A stretch of 58,531 bases of DNA. Source: an uncultured Gammaproteobacteria bacterium (lineage in GTDB: Bacteria > Patescibacteriota > Microgenomatia > Levybacterales > GWA1-39-11). The notes under the pieces are model-generated. The model saw only the letters and a program-made list of their open reading frames with translations. It was not told the origin of the DNA and did not search any database. The DNA lies in NCBI GenBank assembly GCA_964448725.1, contig CAYVAJ010000007.1, positions 1 through 58,531 of the forward strand, given 5' to 3'. Position numbers and translations under genes: made by a program. This document shows positions 1 to 7,540 of this stretch, in pieces (within the stretch, counting starts at the first letter, position 1; each line of letters begins with the position of its first letter).

Positions 1-574
1 GGCGGGGGGGATATACTTTTCCTACTTGATGTTCTCCTTTTACCATTTCATACGCTTGACGGCTTTCCAGTACCTTCCAATCTGCGTTTTGATCAGGGTT
101 TTCAGATAATACTCCTTTATCATACACATAAAATCGTTGGTTGTTTTCTACATATTGAAAACGAGCCTCTGGACCGTATACCCATGATCTACTGATCTGG
201 CCTACTAGACCATCAGTCCTATTTACTGTATCTAATACACGTTGTGGTACAGAAATTGATTCGAATTGTGCAGTGATTTCTGGAGAATATGCGAGATCAG
301 CAATGGCTGTATTATCTACTATATCAGGAATATGAGAAGTATTATCTGAAGTATCTAAAGAAGTTGAATTATCAACATTTGCTTTAGCAGAATTTGGCAG
401 TAAGCGATCCGCAACTGCTGCACCTGCTAATCCTGCAATACCTTTTAAGAAAGATCTTCTTGAGATACGTGTGTTTAAAGGTTCTTCTGGGGTATTTCGA
501 ACAGTAGAATTATCATCAACTTGGGGTTGAGCTTCCGGAGAGGTATTGTTATTTACTTCAAATTCTCTGCTCAT
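1..574 (-). CDS. Tat-signal secreted protein, N-terminal part (C-terminus lies beyond window start)
   Basis: ATG at 572-574. Hand translation MSREFEVNNNTSPEAQPQVDDNSTVRNTPEEPLNTRISRRSFLKGIAGLAGAAVADRLL... stays open to base 1. SRRSFLK plus a hydrophobic stretch is a twin-arginine motif. Absent from the ORF track because it is truncated. Confidence 0.6.
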   Translation of the reverse strand, partial: MSREFEVNNNTSPEAQPQVDDNSTVRNTPEEPLNTRISRRSFLKGIAGLAGAAVADRLLPNSAKANVDNSTSLDTSDNTSHIPDIVDNTAIADLAYSPEITAQFESISVPQRVLDTVNRTDGLVGQISRSWVYGPEARFQYVENNQRFYVYDKGVLSENPDQNADWKVLESRQAYEMVKGEHQVGKVYPPR

Positions 575-591
575 GTTTTATTATAGGATGG

Positions 592-620
592 ATTATATAG
601 TGTTTACACTCTTTTGTCAA
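592..620 (-). promoter_or_regulatory. sigma70-type promoter TTGACA-17-TATAAT
   Basis: Minus strand TTGACA (620-615), 17-nt spacer, TATAAT (597-592), 17 nt upstream of ATG 574. Confidence 0.6.
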
Positions 621-640
621 GTAGAAAGATATTATTATTC

Positions 641-1207
641 TTATTCTGGCTCAGCCCACTCGTAAATTCTGACCCCTGTAATATATCCTGTTTTTTCTTC
701 TTGATCTATATTATATGATACCATAACATGGTCTCCTTTACTTATATCAGCAATTGTTGCTTTCTGCTCTGTTCCTTTCCCATCCTTCACTGTCACAATT
801 ATTATTTCAGCAGATGAATAAACAGGTAATATCTCATTTATGAGTTCACCGTTGTTTTTAATTACGGATAAATATGTTGTATTGTCTACATTACTAATAT
901 CTTGGATTGTTCCACTAACGGTAGTTAGTGCAAGAGTGTCTTCTCCGGGAATTTTAATGAGTTGATTAAATTGATCACCTTTTGGTACAGGAGTAAGCTC
1001 TATAAGCGAAAATGAAGTGCTAGTTTCCTGTGGTGGCGTGGTAACAATATTTTTATTGGTTGTATCGGATGATGAGAATGGGAGAAATGATAATACAGAA
1101 TCAAGGGGAAGAATTTTTGTTCTATCTAGTACAATCAGACTACCAAGAATAACGCTAAATAAACAAAGAAATATTATAAGTGTGATTTGGAGAATTCGAG
1201 AGTTCAT
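641..1207 (-). CDS. membrane-anchored hypothetical protein
   Basis: 188-aa ORF. N-terminal hydrophobic helix ILQITLIIFLCLFSVILGSLIVL followed by a Thr/Ser-rich linker. No family recognised. Confidence 0.55.
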   Translation of the reverse strand: MNSRILQITLIIFLCLFSVILGSLIVLDRTKILPLDSVLSFLPFSSSDTTNKNIVTTPPQETSTSFSLIELTPVPKGDQFNQLIKIPGEDTLALTTVSGTIQDISNVDNTTYLSVIKNNGELINEILPVYSSAEIIIVTVKDGKGTEQKATIADISKGDHVMVSYNIDQEEKTGYITGVRIYEWAEPE

Positions 1208-1246
1208 ACTCTACATCAATAGTATAAGAGTTAGAAAAAATTTGCA

Positions 1247-1279
1247 AGAAAAAAGGAGAGGGGCTGGCGACTCTCTCCT
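1247..1279 (-). terminator. intrinsic terminator of the 1278-1739 gene
   Basis: Minus strand AGGAGAG-(12 nt loop)-CTCTCCT followed by TTTTTTC. The 5' arm overlaps the TAG stop. Confidence 0.65.
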
Positions 1280-1790
1280 AGTTTACTGATACATATCCTT
1301 CCTCAACGAACCCACCATCCGAGTAGGTACCATTCCCGATGTTGATCGAGAATGCCCCGCCCAAGGATCCTTCCTGAAGGTTCGCATGGGCGCATTGGAA
1401 CGGAAATGTCCGTTGGCCAGGAAGGTAGAACGTACCGCATGCGTAGACGTCTGCGGTCGTCTCACTGGTGACCGTGTTGTACACGACTCCCCAGAAATAG
1501 GCACCATTGTCATGGTTTCTATAAGTGAGGACGCGATTCTGACATTCCCCTCTGCCGAAGCTTTGGGAAACGCGAACGCAAATGCTGACATCTTTTGAGC
1601 CTTCCCCAACGGAGAAGAGCTCTGAAATTTTTGCTTCAAGCTGTGATTCTCCACGCTTCCAGCCAGCTGCACTTGCTGGAGCGAGTGTGACAGCGGCCAG
1701 GGCAGCGATGATGAAGAGAATCGTCATCAGACGTCGCATGTTTGCCTCCATTATTTAATAAAATGTGCGAATCAGGGCGCCAGCCCCTCT
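1257..1790. repeat. 13-bp inverted repeat pair bracketing the G+C-rich ORF
   Basis: AGAGGGGCTGGCG at 1257-1269 and its exact reverse complement CGCCAGCCCCTCT at 1778-1790. Confidence 0.7.
1278..1739 (-). CDS. secreted hypothetical protein, G+C-rich orphan
   Basis: GGAGG lies 5 nt before ATG 1739 (the track ORF starts 4 codons earlier). Signal peptide MRRLMTILFIIAALAAVTLAPASA. Line 1381-1440 counts 33/60 G+C versus about 30% in neighbours. Confidence 0.6.
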   Translation of the reverse strand: MRRLMTILFIIAALAAVTLAPASAAGWKRGESQLEAKISELFSVGEGSKDVSICVRVSQSFGRGECQNRVLTYRNHDNGAYFWGVVYNTVTSETTADVYACGTFYLPGQRTFPFQCAHANLQEGSLGGAFSINIGNGTYSDGGFVEEGYVSVN

Positions 1791-1846
1791 AAGTGTATAT
1801 TCTTTCGCTTATGTGCCCGTAAGCACGAGCAAAAGACAACCCTGCT

Positions 1847-1874
1847 ATTATACATAAAAACAAGCAAATGTCAA
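1847..1874 (-). promoter_or_regulatory. sigma70-type promoter TTGACA-16-TATAAT
   Basis: Minus strand TTGACA (1874-1869) and TATAAT (1852-1847). About 110-nt leader to ATG 1739. Confidence 0.6.
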
Positions 1875-2022
1875 ACTATGGGTTCTGTCTTAAATGGTGA
1901 AATATGATTGGCGGAAAGTATTATTTGATTTCTATACTACTTGAGATGTAGCTAATGTTACATCTCGCATCTCTTAACAACCGTCCAATTATAGGATTTA
2001 TCTCAATCATATCTCATTTCGC

Positions 2023-2048
2023 ACTTCAGCACTCTAGAGTGCTGAAGT
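2023..2048. repeat. 26-bp perfect palindrome ACTTCAGCACTCTAGAGTGCTGAAGT (copy 1)
   Basis: Exact self-complementary 26-mer, 10 nt downstream of the stop of the TrpR-like gene. Confidence 0.9.
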
Positions 2049-2058
2049 AAAGGGATTA

Positions 2059-2547
2059 TTATTTGTTGTCAATTTGTTTATGTATTTTTGTTTTTTGTTT
2101 TAGGTTTGTTTTCAGTGTAGTTACTATAGTGTTTCTTTTTTTGCGATTGTGAGATTCATGTGCATTAATAATTCTATCTAGCAGAAAATAAGTTGGATAT
2201 TTTTGCTGTACTTTCTTCCACTCTGAAATCATAAGAGGATCAATTGATTCTTTGTCTGTTGGTAAAGTATGAATAATTTTCCTAATACCTTCTCCTTTCG
2301 CTTCGAGCCATGCAGCTACTTTTGCAACAGTTGCTTCACCTACGCCTAATTGATCCACAATCTCACTATATGTTTTTTGTTGTAACAGTAACTTAGCAAT
2401 TCTCATACGTCTGGATATTCTGTTAAGTTCTGATTCTGTAAGGATATCCTGAAGAAAAACGGCAATTGTGGAGATATCACGACAGAGCGTAATAGCAAAA
2501 AGTAAATCAAATAATTGATCATCAGTACTCTGATGCCTATCATTCAT
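2059..2547 (-). CDS. TrpR-like YerC/YecD-family DNA-binding protein with C-terminal extension
   Basis: LFDLLFAI...FLQDILTESELNRISRRMRIAKLLLQQKTYSEIVDQLGVGEATVAKV matches the YerC/TrpR helix-turn-helix pattern from memory. Confidence 0.65.
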   Translation of the reverse strand: MNDRHQSTDDQLFDLLFAITLCRDISTIAVFLQDILTESELNRISRRMRIAKLLLQQKTYSEIVDQLGVGEATVAKVAAWLEAKGEGIRKIIHTLPTDKESIDPLMISEWKKVQQKYPTYFLLDRIINAHESHNRKKRNTIVTTLKTNLKQKTKIHKQIDNK

Positions 2548-2593
2548 AGATCTTTTCTCTCATATATCATACCATTTCCACCAGATATAGTGT

Positions 2594-2619
2594 ACTTCAG
2601 CACTCTAGAGTGCTGAAGT
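2594..2619. repeat. 26-bp perfect palindrome (copy 2), candidate operator
   Basis: Identical 26-mer lying 22 nt upstream (minus strand) of an extended -10 TGGTATGAT that precedes ATG 2547. Confidence 0.9.
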
Positions 2620-2679
2620 GTTGAGTGTTGGTTTGGAAGATGTGAGGGAGATGGGTATGGGTATATGGTATGGTTGTGG

Positions 2680-3348
2680 TTATTTTTTGAGGCTGGTGAG
2701 TGCTTTTTTTGCTGCTTGTTTTTCTGCTTCTTGTTTTGACTTTCCTACTCCACGGCCTAGCTCACGGTTGCCAAGACTAACACGTACAGTATATGTGCGG
2801 GCGTGATCAGGACCTTCTTCTTGAACTATTTCATAGATTGGTGAATCTTTGTACTTTTCCTGTAAAATTTCTTGCAGATGGCTTTTTGGGTCTTTGAGTC
2901 CCTGATCTTGAATAATCGTATCAATTTGACTAAGAATTGTGTCAGCAATAAATTGCTGTGCTGCTTCAATTCCTTGATCTAAATAAAGTCCGCCCACTAC
3001 TGATTCATAGGTATTGGCAAGTAAACTTTTATTGGTACGTCCTCCTCCTGCTTCTTCCCCTTTCGAAAGATTAAGCAGTTCTCCTAACCTCAGATCATTG
3101 GCAACATGATACAGTGTCTCGGTATTGGTGAGAATTGACCTGAGATTTGTAAGTTCTCCTTCTTTAAGGTGTGGGTATTTTTTGTAAATATATGAAGAGA
3201 CGACATATGACAATATGCTGTCACCTAAAAATTCCATGCGTTCATTTGATTCTTTTGCACTATTTGACTCGTTCAAATAAGAACGATGAGTAAAGACTTG
3301 GAATTGAATGTCTTTGTTATGAAATTTAGGAAGAGATAGATTTTTCAT
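2680..3348 (-). CDS. rnc: ribonuclease III
   Basis: ERMEFLGDSIL signature and a C-terminal dsRBD-like KSKQEAEKQAAKKAL. Confidence 0.9.
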   Translation of the reverse strand: MKNLSLPKFHNKDIQFQVFTHRSYLNESNSAKESNERMEFLGDSILSYVVSSYIYKKYPHLKEGELTNLRSILTNTETLYHVANDLRLGELLNLSKGEEAGGGRTNKSLLANTYESVVGGLYLDQGIEAAQQFIADTILSQIDTIIQDQGLKDPKSHLQEILQEKYKDSPIYEIVQEEGPDHARTYTVRVSLGNRELGRGVGKSKQEAEKQAAKKALTSLKK

Positions 3349-3706
3349 TTTCTTGTAGTTCTTTTAATAGTTTACCTAATGCACCGTTTATAAATCCAGG
3401 GGAGGATTCTCCTCCGAACTCTTTTGCTAATTCAATTGCTTCATCAATGATTACTTTCGGTGGCTGAGTTTTTTCAATCATTAGTTCATAAGCGCCGAGG
3501 CGCAAAATTGCAAGATCAATTTTATTGAGTTTTGGTATAGGAAATTCTGGAGCTATATACTCGATTTTTGCATCTATATCCTCAATATTCTGCAAAATAT
3601 TTTTTGTTTTTTCATCAGTGATAGATTGATCGGTAAATGTGTGTGCAAAAAGAGTCTGGATAATTCGCTGTCGATGAATATGACGAGGATCACGAGAAGT
3701 TTTCAT
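3326..3706 (-). CDS. nusB: transcription antitermination factor NusB
   Basis: RHIHRQRIIQTLF...AILRLGAYEL pattern. Overlaps the rnc start by 23 nt. Confidence 0.85.
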   Translation of the reverse strand: MKTSRDPRHIHRQRIIQTLFAHTFTDQSITDEKTKNILQNIEDIDAKIEYIAPEFPIPKLNKIDLAILRLGAYELMIEKTQPPKVIIDEAIELAKEFGGESSPGFINGALGKLLKELQENEKSISS

Positions 3707-3782
3707 ATTATAGTATGATAATACTCAATTGTTAAATTGCTGTTAAGCAGATTTTGATATATATAATTTATTTCTACAAAAA

Positions 3783-3959
3783 TTACTTTTGTATTACTTG
3801 CTGGCCTTTATAAAACCCACAAGTGCGGCAAACAATATGCGGTGCATTTGCTGCTCCACAATTGGTGCATCGAGCAATAGATGTAAGAGACAATCGGATT
3901 GCCTCGCGTCTTTTACCTTTTCGTGCGACTGAATGTCTTTTCTTTGGTTCGTGTGCCAT
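3783..3959 (-). CDS. rpmF: 50S ribosomal protein L32
   Basis: MAHEPKKRHSVARKGKRR...CxxCG...CxxCG. GAAGGAG SD before ATG 3959. The longer track ORF is an upstream extension. Confidence 0.9.
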   Translation of the reverse strand: MAHEPKKRHSVARKGKRREAIRLSLTSIARCTNCGAANAPHIVCRTCGFYKGQQVIQK

Positions 3960-4045
3960 AATGTCTCCTTCGGAGGAATTTTCAAATTCCAAATTACAAT
4001 TTTCAATGAATTTTAAAAATTTAAAATTTCAAATTAAAAATTAGA

Positions 4046-6121
4046 TCAATCAGGATTGACCTTTTGTATTATAGTAGATTTGAGCCTGTCTTGCAATATC
4101 GGATACTGAGAGAGGTGAACATATATTTTTCGTGCGTCCTGTTGAGACTTATGAATAAGAGACTGGTCACCAAAATTTGCTACTTTGAGCATTCGTGATC
4201 CATGCTGTACAGTGCCATATATATCGCCTGCTCCACGCATACGAAGATCAATTTCTGCAAGCGCTGCTCCAGTATGAGTAGTTTCTAAAGATTTAAGTCG
4301 AGAGGTTGTCTTACTGCTTTCGCTTTCAGTGAATAACAGGCAGTACGATTGTTTATCATTCCGCCCTACTCGGCCACGGAGTTGATGGAGACTGGCAAGT
4401 CCGAATCGTTCTGCAGCTTCAATTACCATGATTGTCGCATTAGGAATATCGATTCCTACTTCAACAACTGGAGTTGAGACTAATATTTGAGTATCTCCTT
4501 GTTGAAATTTGCTCAGAATTTCTTGTTTTTCAGTTGCTTTCATTTTTCCATGTAATAATCCGAGTTTGAATTCAGGAAAGACATTTTTTTGGAGGTGCTC
4601 ATATTCTTTCATTGCTGCACGCACACTCTGCATACTCTCTGATTCTTCAATGAATGGACAGACAATAAATACTTGGTTGTAATTACCTTTTTTATCTTTT
4701 TGTAAGATATTTTTCTTAATCCATTCATATGCAGCAGCCCGTTTGTGATTGGGAGTAAGCCATGTTTTGATTGGAAGTCTCCCATGAGGCAGTTCATCAA
4801 GAATTGAGAGCTCAAGATCGCCATACATAGTCAGAAAGATTGTCCTAGGGATTGGTGTTGCAGTCATACTCAAAAAATGCGGTGCCAACCCTTTATCTCG
4901 TAAAGTACCTCGTTGATGTACGCCAAACCGGTGTTGTTCGTCAACAACAACAAAGCCAAGATTATTGAAATCTGCACTATTGTGAAGCAATGCGTGCGTT
5001 CCGATCAAAATGTCAGGTAAATCTTGACTATCGGAGCCATTGGGTGATTTATTTGTTGCTCTTTTTGATTTATTTCCACTCGTTACCAGACGTACAGTTA
5101 CACCCAGTGGTTGGAGAATACGGGTTACTGTTGCATAGTGTTGTTCTGCCAAAATCTGAGTTGGTGCCATAAGTGCTGATTGGAATCCATTGAGATAGGC
5201 AATATACATGCCAATTGCAGCAACAACTGTTTTACCTGAGCCTACATCTCCCTGAAGAAGTCTATTCATAGGTGTTGATTTGCTGATATCAGATAAAATC
5301 TCATCAATTGCCCTCATTTGTGCAGTTGTTAGGGTAAAAGGCAGGGTCTTGTATAGGGCAGAAAGTTTCTTTTTATATGGATCTGTTTTAAATGCATGTG
5401 TTGTTTTTTTCGTTGTCCATTCATTTTTACGATGAATTGCGCCGAGTTGGATCATAAATAGCTCGTCATAGGCAAATCTATTACGAGCTTGCTCTGCCTC
5501 TTTTAGGTTAGTGGGAAAATGAATTTTTATGATCGCCTCATTGAGCGGAAGGAGCTTATTTTCTGACAAGATTGTCTCAGGAAGATGTTCTATAAAAAAA
5601 TCATTGGTGGAATCAAGCAGAGTTCTAATACGGTTCCGAATCCATTTTGAGCTTACCCCTCGTGTTTCAGGATATACTGGGACGAGTGCGCCAGTATGAA
5701 TAGTTGGTGATGCAAGGTCAGGTATTACTTCATACTCTTTGACTTGTATTGTTGATTTATTCCCAAAACGCTCTACTCTTCCTGACACACTCAAGAAATC
5801 ACCAATATGCAGATTTCGTGTGACATACGATTGATTAAACCATACACACTCAATGGTCCCGCTATCATCGGCTATTTCTACTTTTTGAATCTGAAATCTC
5901 GTTCTCGTATAGACATTTTGAATAGATGCAACAGTGCCTTTTACTGTTACTATATCGATGTTTTGAACAAGAGCAATAGGTGATGTATGGGTATAATCAT
6001 CGTACCGAGAAGGCAGATGCATGAGCAGATCTTTCACAGTGTGGATTCCAAGTTTTTCAACTTTTTTAGCATAGAGAGAAAATGCACGTCCTGCTTGATT
6101 AAGTGGTGTATCAAGTGTCAT
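4046..6121 (-). CDS. recG: ATP-dependent DNA helicase RecG
   Basis: N-terminal OB wedge region, Walker A GDVGSGKT, DEQHRFG box, 691 aa. Confidence 0.9.
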   Translation of the reverse strand: MTLDTPLNQAGRAFSLYAKKVEKLGIHTVKDLLMHLPSRYDDYTHTSPIALVQNIDIVTVKGTVASIQNVYTRTRFQIQKVEIADDSGTIECVWFNQSYVTRNLHIGDFLSVSGRVERFGNKSTIQVKEYEVIPDLASPTIHTGALVPVYPETRGVSSKWIRNRIRTLLDSTNDFFIEHLPETILSENKLLPLNEAIIKIHFPTNLKEAEQARNRFAYDELFMIQLGAIHRKNEWTTKKTTHAFKTDPYKKKLSALYKTLPFTLTTAQMRAIDEILSDISKSTPMNRLLQGDVGSGKTVVAAIGMYIAYLNGFQSALMAPTQILAEQHYATVTRILQPLGVTVRLVTSGNKSKRATNKSPNGSDSQDLPDILIGTHALLHNSADFNNLGFVVVDEQHRFGVHQRGTLRDKGLAPHFLSMTATPIPRTIFLTMYGDLELSILDELPHGRLPIKTWLTPNHKRAAAYEWIKKNILQKDKKGNYNQVFIVCPFIEESESMQSVRAAMKEYEHLQKNVFPEFKLGLLHGKMKATEKQEILSKFQQGDTQILVSTPVVEVGIDIPNATIMVIEAAERFGLASLHQLRGRVGRNDKQSYCLLFTESESSKTTSRLKSLETTHTGAALAEIDLRMRGAGDIYGTVQHGSRMLKVANFGDQSLIHKSQQDARKIYVHLSQYPILQDRLKSTIIQKVNPD

Positions 6122-6142
6122 AAAAATAGTGACTGATATACG

Positions 6143-6256
6143 TTATGCTGGGATAGCTGGCAGAATATATGGCAGAATAGCACCAATAATCATAATCAGC
6201 GCAGTGATTATGATGATGAGTTTTAAGATCCATGTTTTTCTTCTAAAGAGTTCCAT
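6143..6256 (-). CDS. possible 37-aa hydrophobic peptide
   Basis: Hand translation MELFRRKTWILKLIIIITALIMIIGAILPYILPAIPA fills the recG-tyrS gap. Below the ORF-track size cutoff. Confidence 0.3.
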   Translation of the reverse strand: MELFRRKTWILKLIIIITALIMIIGAILPYILPAIPA

Positions 6257-6268
6257 ATTTCTATAGTA

Positions 6269-7447
6269 TTATACAACTTCAATTTTAACAAATGTTCGTT
6301 TTCCTATTTGTAATATTCCTTCTCTAATAACTTCATTCATGCTTGAGACAGGTTGTGTATCAAATGATATTCCTCCTTGTTCGATTAATCGTTTTCCTTC
6401 CGAGCGTGACGGTACTAAATTGTTTTCTACTAAAAAATCTAATATTGTACGTTGTTCTCCTGAGGTAAGTGTAATAGTGTCAATATCACGAGGTACTCCT
6501 TTTTGCTGGACAACTGTTACAAATTGATTTTGGGCATATTCTGCATCTTGAGCGTTGTGCAGTTCAGTCACAATAGTTCTTGCCAATTCTTTTTTTATTT
6601 CAATTGGATTTTCTCCACTCTCAAGACGACTTTTTACTGTTGCTACTTCATTCAGTGGCATATTTGTGCAGAGCGTGTAGTATTCAAGTATTAAATCATC
6701 TGGAATTGACATTACTTTACCGAACATATCAACAGGATTATCCTCAAGCCAGATTGCATTACCCCATGTCTTACTCATTTTTCGCCCGTCAGTTCCAGTT
6801 AAAAATTCATTAGTCATAATGAATGATTCTTTATTGCGCAATTCTTTCTGCAATGTTCTTCCGGCCTGCATATTAAAGGTCTGATCAGTGCCACCCAACT
6901 GTAAATCTGTATCTAAGTAGTAACTATCATATCCTTGCATTACTGGATATAAGGCTTCATGAAGTCCAACTTTTTTACCATCTGTGAGTCGTTTTTTGAT
7001 TAACTCACGGTTTGCAAAATCACCAAAAGAAAAATGCTGTGTGAGTTTAATAATATCAGAAAAAGTGAGTTTGGAAAGCCACTCACTATTGTATCTCACC
7101 GTGATATTTGAGAAATCAAGGATTTTTTCTGCTTGTTTTTTGTATGTTTCAAAATTTTTAGCAATCTCTTCACTGGTAAGAATTGGGCGTTCACTCTCTT
7201 TGTCAGATGTATCACCAATAAGTGCGGTGAAATCACCAATTAAAAATGTAACATTATGTCCCATTTCTGAAAATTTTTGTAACTGCCGCAGCGGAAAGGC
7301 ATGGCCAAGATGAATATGAGTAGATGTTGGATCAATACCAAGATACACATTAATTTTTTTATCAGATTGAAGGAGTTTTTGTAAGTTCTCTTTATTTGCA
7401 ATAATATTTGCCACACCTCGTGTTAATAACTCATCAATTGGATTCAT
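6269..7447 (-). CDS. tyrS: tyrosine--tRNA ligase
   Basis: HIGH-type HLGH, KMSKT loop, C-terminal S4-like domain. Confidence 0.9.
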   Translation of the reverse strand: MNPIDELLTRGVANIIANKENLQKLLQSDKKINVYLGIDPTSTHIHLGHAFPLRQLQKFSEMGHNVTFLIGDFTALIGDTSDKESERPILTSEEIAKNFETYKKQAEKILDFSNITVRYNSEWLSKLTFSDIIKLTQHFSFGDFANRELIKKRLTDGKKVGLHEALYPVMQGYDSYYLDTDLQLGGTDQTFNMQAGRTLQKELRNKESFIMTNEFLTGTDGRKMSKTWGNAIWLEDNPVDMFGKVMSIPDDLILEYYTLCTNMPLNEVATVKSRLESGENPIEIKKELARTIVTELHNAQDAEYAQNQFVTVVQQKGVPRDIDTITLTSGEQRTILDFLVENNLVPSRSEGKRLIEQGGISFDTQPVSSMNEVIREGILQIGKRTFVKIEVV

Positions 7448-7454
7448 AGAAGAT

Positions 7455-7483
7455 ATTATATCTTAAATACTTCTTAGGATAAA
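7455..7483 (-). promoter_or_regulatory. tyrS promoter, leaderless geometry
   Basis: Minus strand TATAAT (7460-7455) only 7 nt before ATG 7447, no SD. Weak -35 TTTATC. Confidence 0.5.
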
Positions 7484-7522
7484 GCATTTTTCCCCTTTTC
7501 CCTATTCTCATTTTTGCTATTT

Positions 7523-7531
7523 TGCTATAAT
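7523..7531 (+). promoter_or_regulatory. extended -10 (TGcTATAAT) of the PBP gene, leaderless geometry
   Basis: TGCTATAAT ends 9 nt before ATG 7541. No SD in between. Confidence 0.5.
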
Positions 7532-7540
7532 AGATTCTCT

